Shown here: positions 49,737 through 59,510 of the stretch, piece after piece
Numbering within the stretch: position 1 is the stretch's first letter
Layout of the letters: each line of letters starts with the position of its first letter
Assembly: GCA_024231215.1 (NCBI GenBank)
Contig: JAAEQR010000142.1
Location: forward strand, 292,593-356,592
Reading direction: 5' to 3'
Length of the DNA stretch: 64,000 bases
Source of the DNA: PVC group bacterium
GTDB taxonomy: Bacteria; Omnitrophota; Gorgyraeia; B26-G9
Made by a program: the position numbers and the translations under genes
The notes under the pieces: model-generated
The model's input: the letters and a program-made list of their open reading frames with translations, nothing else
Told to the model about the DNA's origin: nothing
Databases searched by the model: none

Positions 49737-51212
49737 TTTTTTCAACTCTTCCCGTTTAATCTTTCCACTTGCGGTCTTAGGCAGCTCAGGTAATATTTCA
49801 ATTTTCTTCGGGAATTTATAAAAAGCAAGATTCTGTTTGCAAAACACAGCGACTTCTCTTTCGGTAATATTCTCATCCTGCACAACCACACAAAGTTTAA
49901 TTACTTCCCCTAAAATATCATCTGGAATACCAACTGCAGCACATTCCATAATTCCCGACATCTGGCAAAGAATATCCTCTATTTCAAAAGGACTTATCCG
50001 GTTAGCCCCGCTTTTTATCATATCCTTCTTGCGACTAATAATATAGATAAATCCATCTTCATCAATACGCGCCAGATCTCCTGTAAATAATCCCTCCGTG
50101 CGTAATACTCCCGCGGTTTGCTCCGGATCATTCCAATATCCCTGCATTATATTCTCACCCCGGGCAACAATCTCTCCTTGCTCACCTACTGAAACCTTCT
50201 TTCCCTGATCATTTAAAACATCCAACTCTACCCCGGGAATAGCTTTGCCTACAGATCCCATTTTGTTTAACAACCGGTCCGGCTCTAAATAACTTAAACG
50301 CGCTGAAGCTTCTGTTTGTCCATACATAACACAAAAATTTATATCTGGAATAATATCTAAAAATTCCTTTATCATTGCCGGAGGCATTCCTCCTCCAGCC
50401 TGTGTAACATAACGTAATTTAGAAAGATCGTACTTACGAATCGCTGATTTTTTAATAAGAATAGCAAAATGAGAAGGAACTCCGGCAAACCCAGTAACTT
50501 CCTGCTTAGCCATAGTATCCAGTATTACATTTGGATACACAAAACGATTATCAAGAACCAATGTGCCCCCGACTTTGATATGAGTCGTTAATAAAGAGTT
50601 TCCGTAAGAATAATAAAACGGTAAGACAATCATTATCTTATCATCTGAGGTCAATTTTAAGTATTCGATAATAGAATCCGCATTAGCTGATAAATTACCA
50701 TGCGAAAGCATAACCCCTTTTGGCTTGCCCGTTGTTCCAGAAGTATAAATGATCATCGCCAGGTCGCTGTCGCTTAGCTGATAGCTAATAGCTAATGGCT
50801 TATGGTGATAATTAAAAGCTTCTTTTTCAATAAGCAAAATTTCGATTTGCTGTTCAGATAATTTCACAGCTTCAGCCGCTGTTTTATAATGCTTATTATC
50901 GGTAACTATTACATTCGGAGTACAATCATCTAAAGGCAGGCAAAGTTCTCTAGCTACTAATTGACTATTTAAGGCAACGACAACACCACCGCTCTTAAGT
51001 ATCCCAAAATAGGTAACCAGATATTCTATCCCGTTATCTAAAAAAATAGCAACCCGATCCCCTCTTTCCACTCCTTTAGCCAGAAGGCTCAAGGCAAATG
51101 TATCAGACCAGGCATCAAGCTGGGAAAAAGTATACTCTGATTTCTGATGAATTACCGCTGGTTTATCAGGAAACCTTTTTGCACTATTGCGTAAAAAATC
51201 GTGTATTAACAT
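49725..51212 (-). CDS. AMP-dependent acyl-CoA/acyl-ACP ligase
   Basis: YTSGTTGKPKG, YGQTEA, TGD, TASGK. Confidence 0.9.
   Translation of the reverse strand: MLIHDFLRNSAKRFPDKPAVIHQKSEYTFSQLDAWSDTFALSLLAKGVERGDRVAIFLDNGIEYLVTYFGILKSGGVVVALNSQLVARELCLPLDDCTPNVIVTDNKHYKTAAEAVKLSEQQIEILLIEKEAFNYHHKPLAISYQLSDSDLAMIIYTSGTTGKPKGVMLSHGNLSANADSIIEYLKLTSDDKIMIVLPFYYSYGNSLLTTHIKVGGTLVLDNRFVYPNVILDTMAKQEVTGFAGVPSHFAILIKKSAIRKYDLSKLRYVTQAGGGMPPAMIKEFLDIIPDINFCVMYGQTEASARLSYLEPDRLLNKMGSVGKAIPGVELDVLNDQGKKVSVGEQGEIVARGENIMQGYWNDPEQTAGVLRTEGLFTGDLARIDEDGFIYIISRKKDMIKSGANRISPFEIEDILCQMSGIMECAAVGIPDDILGEVIKLCVVVQDENITEREVAVFCKQNLAFYKFPKKIEILPELPKTASGKIKREELKKANG
50772..50810. repeat. In-frame 7-mer array inside the ligase gene (HKPLAISYQLS)
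   Basis: gctgata gctaata gctaatg gcttatg. Confidence 0.75.
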
Positions 51213-51226
51213 ATGAGAATACCAAG

Positions 51227-51478
51227 TTACGCGTTAGACAATTTAGTTTTTATAAACGCCTCTAAGTTATTAAGCGAATCGAGATTATCCGGGGTCAACT
51301 CCTCATCCTCGACCTTGATGCTAAATGTTTCCTGAACATAATCCACCAGTTCTAAAATTCCGGTAGAATCAATAACTCCCTGCTCAAGAAACGAATGATC
51401 ATCGTTCAGGGCCTGAGTTTCGGCACCCATCAAAAAATTAGTGATAATAAACTGTTTAACTTTATCTTTTATATCCAT
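51227..51478 (-). CDS. Acyl carrier protein
   Basis: GVIDSTGILEL phosphopantetheine motif; acidic, 83 aa. Confidence 0.9.
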   Translation of the reverse strand: MDIKDKVKQFIITNFLMGAETQALNDDHSFLEQGVIDSTGILELVDYVQETFSIKVEDEELTPDNLDSLNNLEAFIKTKLSNA

Positions 51479-51496
51479 TTCTCTGCCCTTTCGTAC

Positions 51497-51991
51497 CTAT
51501 TCTATCTTAAACTGTGAATCAACATCATTCTCATGACGAATCTCATCAACCTCTTCTTTTTTTCCCTCTCCGGCAAAAAGCTGGTTGGGATAATTGATGA
51601 CTAGACCTTCATTTTTCCCGATATTTACATATGCGTGCACAACTCCCGGAGGAACTATAACGTTAATCGGTTTATTCTTTTCACAAACAAGAACCAGTTT
51701 CATACCATATCCGGGGGTATCTTTACGGTTATCCCAAAGATACACTTTAAACTCCGATGTTCCCAAGAAACAAAAGTAATCTGTTTGCTTAAGATGTTCA
51801 TGCGGCCCTCTAACTATTCCGGGGTGTGTCATTGACACATAAGACATGACCGGATATATTTCTTCATCTATCGAGTCCCGGCGAAAAGCTTCAGTCAACC
51901 AACCCCGTTCATCTGAAAACCGCTTTAGCTCTGTAACAATAACTCCATCAATATCTTTCACTTCATTTCCAATCTTCATTTCGACCTCCAT
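51497..51991 (-). CDS. dTDP-4-dehydrorhamnose 3,5-epimerase family (RmlC-like cupin)
   Basis: DERGW, VRGPHEH, VPPGVVHAY. Confidence 0.85.
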   Translation of the reverse strand: MEVEMKIGNEVKDIDGVIVTELKRFSDERGWLTEAFRRDSIDEEIYPVMSYVSMTHPGIVRGPHEHLKQTDYFCFLGTSEFKVYLWDNRKDTPGYGMKLVLVCEKNKPINVIVPPGVVHAYVNIGKNEGLVINYPNQLFAGEGKKEEVDEIRHENDVDSQFKIE

Positions 51992-52001
51992 ATCTGGATC
52001 C

Positions 52002-53006
52002 TCAATAATACAATTTCAGCAAATCATTGCGCAACCGATCAACCTGAAAATAATCATGCCGCTGTCCGGAAGAAACGCCCACGCCAGGAACCATTGATAA
52101 CATCATGACTCCCAGCAACCCCGGAGAAACACTATATTTGTTCAGACAATCCATTGCTCTTTTTCGAGCTTCAAATTTTTCTTTATTTTTCAGTAAATAC
52201 TTAGCCCAAAACACATAATTTATCTGTATCTGATCTCTAACATCGTTCTCATATTTTTTCTGCTTCGGGTCCAAAGAAGCCAATAAATGTTCGTATGATA
52301 CTATCCGATCGTGCATATTCTGGTTAAGATGATAATACACTTTATATAGATCAAAAAACCGGCTAACTAAAACTTTATTTATACAGCCAAGCTTAGACTG
52401 TTTTGCCATCTTAAATAAAAGATCCGCAAACTCAAATCCAGGTACATTCTCTACAAACGGGCCATAAAAAGAAAAATCTTTATTCCTGATCAGTAATGTT
52501 GAAAAAAACTTAAAACTACTGGCAATAAGATAATGCATTCTGTCTTTGATAACAAATAAACTACCGGGTGTTTCTTTCTGAAAAAACCGCCTCATTTTAA
52601 AGAAAGAAGTATTTACTATGCCATTTTTATCTATAATATCAAAATCACAACATACTCCAAAGTTATCCTCATTTTTTTCCAAAAACGCTACTTTTGCTTC
52701 TAAGGCATCCGGCGCCCAGATATCCCCAGCAGCAAGTACCGAAAAATACTTCCCCTCTGCCAACTTAAGAGTATTATTCAATACCTTACCTTTGGAAACA
52801 CCTTTCTGCTGAATAACAAGTTTTAGATTATTACGATAAGGAGTTATCGCCTTCTGCCACTTTTCCGTCATATTAGGAATGATAAGAAAAATTTCAGTAT
52901 TTTTATATATCTGAAACAATATACTCCGCAAGGTACACAAAAACTTTTCATCCTCCCCGCGAGCTATAATTACAATACTAACTTTTTGATTCTGATAAAG
53001 TTTCAT
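52002..53006 (-). CDS. GT2-like glycosyltransferase (divergent)
   Basis: KVSIVI..SILFQ..EI, N..AEGKY; the DxD motif is degenerate (LAAGD). Confidence 0.65.
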   Translation of the reverse strand: MKLYQNQKVSIVIIARGEDEKFLCTLRSILFQIYKNTEIFLIIPNMTEKWQKAITPYRNNLKLVIQQKGVSKGKVLNNTLKLAEGKYFSVLAAGDIWAPDALEAKVAFLEKNEDNFGVCCDFDIIDKNGIVNTSFFKMRRFFQKETPGSLFVIKDRMHYLIASSFKFFSTLLIRNKDFSFYGPFVENVPGFEFADLLFKMAKQSKLGCINKVLVSRFFDLYKVYYHLNQNMHDRIVSYEHLLASLDPKQKKYENDVRDQIQINYVFWAKYLLKNKEKFEARKRAMDCLNKYSVSPGLLGVMMLSMVPGVGVSSGQRHDYFQVDRLRNDLLKLYY

Positions 53007-53956
53007 GAATTCCTCTTAAACCAATCAAATGTGATTTTCAAGCCTTCGGAAAAACTCACATCCGGAGTATAATTCAACAAAGAATTTGCCTTTGCAATAT
53101 CCGAATGGCTTTTAAAAATATCTCCGACACGTATTGGCAAAAGCTCCGGTTTGACAGATTTTCCAGCGATCTGATTTACAATATCAACAATACTTAAAAC
53201 CGTATTACTTTCTCCACAAGCAATATTAAATACTTCTTTAGATACCCCTGGAACTGTCGCTGCCAGGATGTTAGCTTTTACAATATTTTTCACAAAAGTA
53301 AAATCGCGTGATTGTTCCCCGTTGCCGAATATCGGCGGCTGTTCATCATTTAAAATACAGGTGATAAACTTAGGGATAACCACTGCATATTCGTCATCTA
53401 ATGCCTGCCTCGGGCCAAATACATTAAAATAACGCAAGCAAACTGTTTCTACTCCGAAATTCTCACTGAAAATACGACAATAATATTCACCCGCTAATTT
53501 CGTTAACGCATACGGAGAGATTAATAAAGGATAATGTGTTTCAGTTTGAGGAAACTGATCAGTATCACCATACACAGAGCTAGATGAAGCAAACACAAGT
53601 CTTTTTACACCACACTCCTGAGCCGCTTTTAACATATTAAGCGTACCGTTAATATTAACTTCATTATATTCATATGGGTCGGTCATAGATTTCGGAACAC
53701 TTCGTAAAGCTGCCTGATGCAAAACATAGTCAACCCCAGTACAAGCCTTAACACAAGCTTCATAATCACAGATATCGCCGCGAATCAGCTGATAGCTTAT
53801 AGCTGATGGCTCATAGTCAGAAATAAAAGATAAGTTTGATTCTTTTCCACTAAAGAAATTATCTAGAATAACTACTGATTCGCCTTGTTTTAACAAGTCT
53901 TCTACTATATGAGAACCAATAAACCCGGCTCCTCCGGTTACAAGATACTTTGCCAT
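53003..53956 (-). CDS. NAD-dependent UDP-sugar 4-epimerase (WbpP/GalE-like)
   Basis: TGGAGFIGS, HQAALRSVP, SSSSVYG, YALTK, RYFNVFGP. Confidence 0.9.
   Translation of the reverse strand: MAKYLVTGGAGFIGSHIVEDLLKQGESVVILDNFFSGKESNLSFISDYEPSAISYQLIRGDICDYEACVKACTGVDYVLHQAALRSVPKSMTDPYEYNEVNINGTLNMLKAAQECGVKRLVFASSSSVYGDTDQFPQTETHYPLLISPYALTKLAGEYYCRIFSENFGVETVCLRYFNVFGPRQALDDEYAVVIPKFITCILNDEQPPIFGNGEQSRDFTFVKNIVKANILAATVPGVSKEVFNIACGESNTVLSIVDIVNQIAGKSVKPELLPIRVGDIFKSHSDIAKANSLLNYTPDVSFSEGLKITFDWFKRNS
53788..53816. repeat. In-frame 7-mer array inside the epimerase gene (YEPSAISYQL)
   Basis: gctgata gcttata gctgatg gctcata. Confidence 0.75.
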
Positions 53957-53984
53957 TTTATTATACCTCCGTAGAAATTAAATC

Positions 53985-55313
53985 TTATAAACAAACTATT
54001 TTTTTTCTATTTTTACCCTTGATGTTTTTTGTCGCATTACGCGTATCTATAATAAGCTTTGCATTCTCAACCACAAACTTATAATCATAACTAGAATGAT
54101 TTGTTATGATCAAAATACAATCATACCCGGATAAATTTTTCTTGGTCAGTTTTGTACTATTCACCTTCCGACCTCTATATCTAATACTTTCTATAAACGG
54201 ATCATTATATGATAATTTTGCACCTTTTTTTGATAACATATCAAATATTTCCAAAGCCGGAGATTCTCGCGCATCAGCAACATCTTTTTTATAAGCAACA
54301 CCCATCATAAGGATTTTAGAATCCGCCACACTTTTTTTCTTCTCATTTAAAGCTCCTGCCAGTATATGCAAAATATGTTCAGGCATTTGGGAATTAACCT
54401 GTGATGCAAGCTCAATAAATCGCGCCTCGAAACCGTACAAACGCGCCTTCCAGGATAGATAAAGAGGATCAATCGGAATACAATGTCCACCTAGTCCAGG
54501 TCCCGGATAAAAAGGCATAAATCCAAACGGTTTAGTCGATGCCGCATCTATAACTTCCCAAACATTTATATCCATTTTGCTGCACATTAAAGCCATCTCG
54601 TTTACCAATCCGATATTCACACTCCTAAATGTGTTCTCCAGAAGTTTCACCGTCTCTGCAACACGCGGGGAAGAAACAGGAACTACGGTATCCATAGTAT
54701 TTGAATATAAGGCAACTGCGGCTTTCGTACAGTTACTAGTAACCCCACCCATAACTTTAGGAATATTCTTTGTTCTATAACTGCTGTTTGAAGGGTCTAC
54801 GCGTTCCGGAGAAAAAACAAGATAAAAATCCTTACCTACTTTCAAACCGGTACTTTCCAATATAGGCAGCATCATTTCCTCTGTTGTCCCCGGATAAGTA
54901 GTACTCTCGAGAATAACCAACTGCCCTTTTCTTAAGTAATTACTTATATGTCCGCAAGCATCTACAATATAGGAAATATCCGGATCTCTGGTTTTGCGTA
55001 ATGGAGTAGGTACGCAAATATTAATCGTATCAACTTTTTTTAAAATTTCATAACCACTGGTAGCACGCAACCTTCCTGAAGCCACCATTTCTTTAACATC
55101 ACTTTCCTTCACATCTTCGATATAAGATTTCTTTTTATTTATTGCTTTGACTTTTTTCTCATCTAAGTCTATGCCGATCACTTCATACCCTGCTTTGGCA
55201 AATTCAACCGCCAGGGGCAATCCTACATACCCCAGCCCAATGACCGCGCATTTTATTTTTTTATTTTTAATCCTTTCAATGATTTTCATCTTGATCCTCT
55301 CTTTTTCCCACAT
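53985..55313 (-). CDS. UDP-N-acetylhexosamine 6-dehydrogenase (WbpA/WecC-like)
   Basis: GLGYVG, CVPTP, ESTTYPG, SPER, GGHCIP, RESP. Confidence 0.92.
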   Translation of the reverse strand: MWEKERIKMKIIERIKNKKIKCAVIGLGYVGLPLAVEFAKAGYEVIGIDLDEKKVKAINKKKSYIEDVKESDVKEMVASGRLRATSGYEILKKVDTINICVPTPLRKTRDPDISYIVDACGHISNYLRKGQLVILESTTYPGTTEEMMLPILESTGLKVGKDFYLVFSPERVDPSNSSYRTKNIPKVMGGVTSNCTKAAVALYSNTMDTVVPVSSPRVAETVKLLENTFRSVNIGLVNEMALMCSKMDINVWEVIDAASTKPFGFMPFYPGPGLGGHCIPIDPLYLSWKARLYGFEARFIELASQVNSQMPEHILHILAGALNEKKKSVADSKILMMGVAYKKDVADARESPALEIFDMLSKKGAKLSYNDPFIESIRYRGRKVNSTKLTKKNLSGYDCILIITNHSSYDYKFVVENAKLIIDTRNATKNIKGKNRKKIVCL

Positions 55314-55383
55314 CTATATTTTTTTATAGCTGCACTTCCCCAAGAAATATTCGTTATTACTTTGATAGTAGGCCTCTTCTGGC

Positions 55384-56160
55384 TCAGACATATCTATAAA
55401 GATACTCCGGAATATGATATTCGACATTAGTCAGAATATAGCCTAAAAGGTTAGAATGCGACTGAAGCAAAAGTTCCGTTGCATGTTTCACAATACCTCG
55501 CTGTGTCCCCCCGGCACGCACAGCCATAATTACGCCATCAGCTACCGAACAAACAATCCCGGCATCTGCGACCGGAACCAGTGGCGGGCTATCTAGAATA
55601 ATAAAATCAAATTTCTCTTTTAGCTTCTTCATCAAATCTTTCATTTTTGCCGATGCAAGTAATTCTACCGGATTATCGGCAATCTTTCCTCTGGGAATAA
55701 TTGTAAGTTTATCTATTTTTGTTTTATACAATATATTGTCAACATCCGCGCCAAGCATCAGATATTCCGAAAGACCGGCCTTTGAATGAAGATCTAAACG
55801 AGGTGCAACTTGACCACGCCGCAAGTCACAATCAACTAACAATACCTTACGACAATCAACATCTTTAGTCATAGCAATAGCAAGGTTAAGAGCAGTTATA
55901 GTCTTGCCCTCTTCGGCCACAGAACTCGTAACCGCTACTGTCTTCAAATCACCGCTCTTATTAAGATTTTTTATGCTTTCCCGCAACCTAAGATACTGTT
56001 CGGAAATTGGTGATTTCGGATAAAAATGAGTAACAATATGCGGATCAATGTTTGAGTCATGTACACTTTTCAACACAAATTCTTTGGGTAACGATGGGAT
56101 CGTCAGTGAACTCAACTTTGAGTCATGCACCCCTTTTAATACGTTTAAGAAATTCTTCAT
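55384..56160 (-). CDS. BY-kinase (CpsD/CapB family tyrosine autokinase)
   Basis: EEGKT, VDCDLR, ILDSPP, Tyr-rich C-terminus. Confidence 0.9.
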   Translation of the reverse strand: MKNFLNVLKGVHDSKLSSLTIPSLPKEFVLKSVHDSNIDPHIVTHFYPKSPISEQYLRLRESIKNLNKSGDLKTVAVTSSVAEEGKTITALNLAIAMTKDVDCRKVLLVDCDLRRGQVAPRLDLHSKAGLSEYLMLGADVDNILYKTKIDKLTIIPRGKIADNPVELLASAKMKDLMKKLKEKFDFIILDSPPLVPVADAGIVCSVADGVIMAVRAGGTQRGIVKHATELLLQSHSNLLGYILTNVEYHIPEYLYRYV

Positions 56161-56180
56161 TTTTCTCTCCTTTTAGATAT

Positions 56181-57479
56181 TTAACGAATAAATGAAAACG
56201 CTAACACAATGCCCACCATTAGAAAAAAGACTATTGCCATTAACGAATATGTAAATGTAGCCGTCTGTTTTTTCTTTTGCAATTCTTCGTCAGTAATAAT
56301 TAATGATATAGCCCCTAATACAGGATACTTTAAGTCTGCTTTAGCATCATTAATATCTTTAAAAGATTTATCTACCATTTCAATTAAATATATACATACA
56401 TAACCAACCGCAGCACCTAATACAATACCCATTATTAAAAATTTTATTTTATTCGGCTTTGTCGGTTTCAGAGGAAGTCTGGGAGGGTCAATAACCGTAA
56501 ACCTGGTCCCTTCTTTAAAACTTTCCAGCTGCTGGGTAATTCTTGCTGTCTCAAGACGCTGCAGCAACGCCGCATAAATATCCTGATTAACTTCCACATC
56601 TAAAGGTAATCCTTCCAATCTTTCCTCTGCTCTGGGCATATCCGATTCATTCTGAATATCTTTAAGCAATTCCGGACTCAAAACATTGTCTCCGCCAACT
56701 TCCCCGTCTTTAAGTTCTTTTAATAACAGATATGAAAGCAATTGCTTGTCTTTAGTAGAAGGCGACCTTTTAGGGATAACTGATTCTGAATCAGTACCTT
56801 TATCTAAGCTCTCTTTTAATTTGGAAATCTGGGTTTTAAGATTCTTAACTAAGGGGTGATCTTCTGTAGAATCTACCAGAAGATGGTCTAATTGCTCCTG
56901 CAAAGTCTTGATATCATTTTCTCTTATTTTACGACGATAGAGTTTAAGCTGATCTTCAAGAAAACGCACTGCAATTTCTGTTTCCTGAGTTTTCGCCTTG
57001 ATATTCTGCTGAATAAAAATATCCATTAGCGTACTAACAATATGCTTTACCTGTGCCGGCTCTCTCCCTGCATAACTAATCGCTACTAATTGAGGACTTT
57101 CCAGCTGTACTATGATACTTTCACGCAAATCTTGAATCAAGTTTTCATAGTCAAGCGCTGATTTAACTTCACTATCAAGCTTTAACCGTTTCACAAGTTC
57201 CGTAAGACTGTTCCAACTTAAAATCTGCTCCCGCAATATACGCAGACGGTCCGCAACTGACGTAGAGACAGCCAATCCACTGATAAGCGGATTTATTACT
57301 TCTTCTTCCTGAACCAGGATAAGGGCCTTTGATTCGTAAGTTTTAGGCATGGCAAAACTTAATACTACCATTATAAATACTACGATCAAAAATGGGTAGA
57401 AAAACACCTGTTTTCTTCTTGATAATATTTTTAAATATTCCATCATGTTGGTCTGCATATTAAACTCCTTAATTTTCAC
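56181..57479 (-). CDS. Polysaccharide chain-length determinant/co-polymerase (Wzc N-terminal/GumC-like)
   Basis: Two TM regions around a coiled coil; PKTYES, HPLV, IDPPRLPLKP. Confidence 0.85.
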   Translation of the reverse strand: MKIKEFNMQTNMMEYLKILSRRKQVFFYPFLIVVFIMVVLSFAMPKTYESKALILVQEEEVINPLISGLAVSTSVADRLRILREQILSWNSLTELVKRLKLDSEVKSALDYENLIQDLRESIIVQLESPQLVAISYAGREPAQVKHIVSTLMDIFIQQNIKAKTQETEIAVRFLEDQLKLYRRKIRENDIKTLQEQLDHLLVDSTEDHPLVKNLKTQISKLKESLDKGTDSESVIPKRSPSTKDKQLLSYLLLKELKDGEVGGDNVLSPELLKDIQNESDMPRAEERLEGLPLDVEVNQDIYAALLQRLETARITQQLESFKEGTRFTVIDPPRLPLKPTKPNKIKFLIMGIVLGAAVGYVCIYLIEMVDKSFKDINDAKADLKYPVLGAISLIITDEELQKKKQTATFTYSLMAIVFFLMVGIVLAFSFIR

Positions 57480-57487
57480 CCAGAAGA

Positions 57488-58300
57488 TTATCTTCTGGGC
57501 TCATTATCCCTGTATAACACGTCTTCCTCCCATATATTATAAGCTCCGGAACTTCTAGTAAACGGAGAAACTATCTGCTCTAAAATTGTACTAACTTTAT
57601 ATAATGCTGTGGATGGTACATATACAATATCTTCTGACCTCAAATCATAATTTAATTTCAAATTACCGTCATATAAAAGACTAAGAAGATTTACTTTTTT
57701 CACTATCGGTTTTTCACCTTCTACAGGACGAATGATTATTGCTCTTCTTAAAGAAGCTATATGTTCCCTTGGCAAACCTGCAGCTAAAATTGCTTCTCTG
57801 ACCGGCATGAATTCAGATCTCATCTTATATTTACCGGGATATCCCACTAAGCCTACTACATATACAACTTTGCTGTTATATTCAACTATCGTTATATCTA
57901 CTTCCGGGGTAGCTACAAATTTTGCCAAAATACCGGTTATTTTCTTTGTAGCTTGATTTTTATTCAAACCTGCCAGGTCGACATCTCCCACAAACGGATA
58001 CTGGATTTTTCCATTCGGCCCCACCGGGAAACGACCGGAAAATTCCGTATGCCGACGTACTGTAATATTAATAACATCATCTTTACCTAAAGTATATTCC
58101 CCATGTTTCTCTTTTTTTATAAGATCCGGATTCAATTTCTTTTTCTGCACGCGCTTTTGCTTTGCTTCGGCGGAAAAATTAGTTTTTGCACTAGATGATT
58201 TTGCTCCTTGCGCTAATACAACAGAATTCCCGACGAGCAAAAAAGAACCTATAACCACATAACATATAAAACAATATAACTTAAAATACTTAGACTTCAT
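57488..58300 (-). CDS. Polysaccharide export protein (Wza/Poly_export + SLBB)
   Basis: YTLGKDDVI, GKIQYPFVG, VYVVG.V..PG, DIVYVP. Confidence 0.88.
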   Translation of the reverse strand: MKSKYFKLYCFICYVVIGSFLLVGNSVVLAQGAKSSSAKTNFSAEAKQKRVQKKKLNPDLIKKEKHGEYTLGKDDVINITVRRHTEFSGRFPVGPNGKIQYPFVGDVDLAGLNKNQATKKITGILAKFVATPEVDITIVEYNSKVVYVVGLVGYPGKYKMRSEFMPVREAILAAGLPREHIASLRRAIIIRPVEGEKPIVKKVNLLSLLYDGNLKLNYDLRSEDIVYVPSTALYKVSTILEQIVSPFTRSSGAYNIWEEDVLYRDNEPRR

Positions 58301-58301
58301 T

Positions 58302-58511
58302 TTACTTCCCCCTTATGTCTGTTTCATAAAAAACAGCTTCTTTAAAGTTTTTCAAATCTTCCAGATCTTCAATTGTGTAAAACCGCCAACCCCGCCAATC
58401 ACGCTTCGCCTTCTTGACTTTGCCTGATTTCTCCCAACGCATGATCGTTTTCGACGTAACTCCAATCTGGTTAGCTGCTTCAGTAATACTCATCCTACCA
58501 TTCATCATCAC
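58302..58511 (-). CDS. Stand-alone MerR-type HTH DNA-binding protein
   Basis: SITEAANQIGVTSKTIMRWEKSG..RDWRGWRFY; AAGGAG RBS; first gene of the EPS operon. Confidence 0.8.
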   Translation of the reverse strand: MMMNGRMSITEAANQIGVTSKTIMRWEKSGKVKKAKRDWRGWRFYTIEDLEDLKNFKEAVFYETDIRGK

Positions 58512-58541
58512 TTACTCCTTTTTGATATTGCTTAACATATT

Positions 58542-58570
58542 ATAATAACATTTTTTCAGGAACATGTCTA
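58542..58570 (-). promoter_or_regulatory. Putative sigma70 promoter of the EPS operon
   Basis: TAGACA-N17-TATTAT on the minus strand. Confidence 0.4.
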
Positions 58571-58922
58571 ACTCTGTATACCTATATCTAACATTAGACA
58601 AATAGGTATATTACTCTGATTATTATTTATGCCAAAATTTTATATTTTGTTAAACTACTCCCAAAACAGGCATAAATACTTGTATTTAAATGTGTTACAT
58701 GTTCTATTTTCATCATTTTTTCCATCTAAATACTTTGTTTTTAATAAATTACCAAAATAAATTTTAAAATATGGACAGTCTTGGACAGACTCAACTTGTC
58801 CTACATAGAAATAGTCTGTCCTTGAAATCTGTAAGTAATAAAGTATACCTAAAAAAATGAAAATTGCAAGGGGGGTGAGCTATTTTTTTTTAATTATATG
58901 AATTGAAAGAACTTAATGTCTT

Positions 58923-59489
58923 TTATAAGCCATTAATATCTGCCTGATGCTCCCGAAGTATTTGCTTCAATTCTATTTTAAACCATGGAGTATATGTAGA
59001 CGAATTTTCCCGGACATCCCTACTAAGCTTTTCAATATTTACATACTTCCACTCTGCTATCTCACTAGGATTCGCTTTAACAGATTGCTCAGTTTTTCCC
59101 AGATAAACAGAACATAACTCATTCTCAGATCCCATATCTTTGAATTGCGCTTGGTATTTAAATTTAAACAAAAACTTTAATAAAGTAGCTTTTAGTCCAA
59201 GTTCTTCCTGCAATCGTCTCTGCACAGCTTCCTCGCAGCTTTCTCCCTCACGGGGATGACTGCACACGCTATTTGACCAAAAAAGCGGCCATAATAGTTT
59301 CTCTGCACTTCTTTTTTGCAACAACAACTGTTTTTTTTCGTCAAAAATAAATATAGAAAAGGCTCGATGTAAAATCCCGTTACCCTTATGGCTCTTTTCC
59401 TTAGTCTCATATCCGATAATATTATCTTTATCATCAACAAGTATTAATTTTTCATCTAGAAATGAAACTTTATTACCATCAACTTCCAT
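58923..59489 (-). CDS. idi: Isopentenyl-diphosphate delta-isomerase type 1
   Basis: LHRAFS, LLQKR, NSVCSHP, EELG, ENE, YTPWF. Confidence 0.93.
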   Translation of the reverse strand: MEVDGNKVSFLDEKLILVDDKDNIIGYETKEKSHKGNGILHRAFSIFIFDEKKQLLLQKRSAEKLLWPLFWSNSVCSHPREGESCEEAVQRRLQEELGLKATLLKFLFKFKYQAQFKDMGSENELCSVYLGKTEQSVKANPSEIAEWKYVNIEKLSRDVRENSSTYTPWFKIELKQILREHQADINGL

Positions 59490-59510
59490 TTATCTTACCC
59501 TTCTTCTCTA

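Noticed and set aside
58618-58636. Sigma54 promoter for the EPS operon (TTGGCATAAATAATAA)
   Set aside because: Has the -24 GG but lacks the -12 GC
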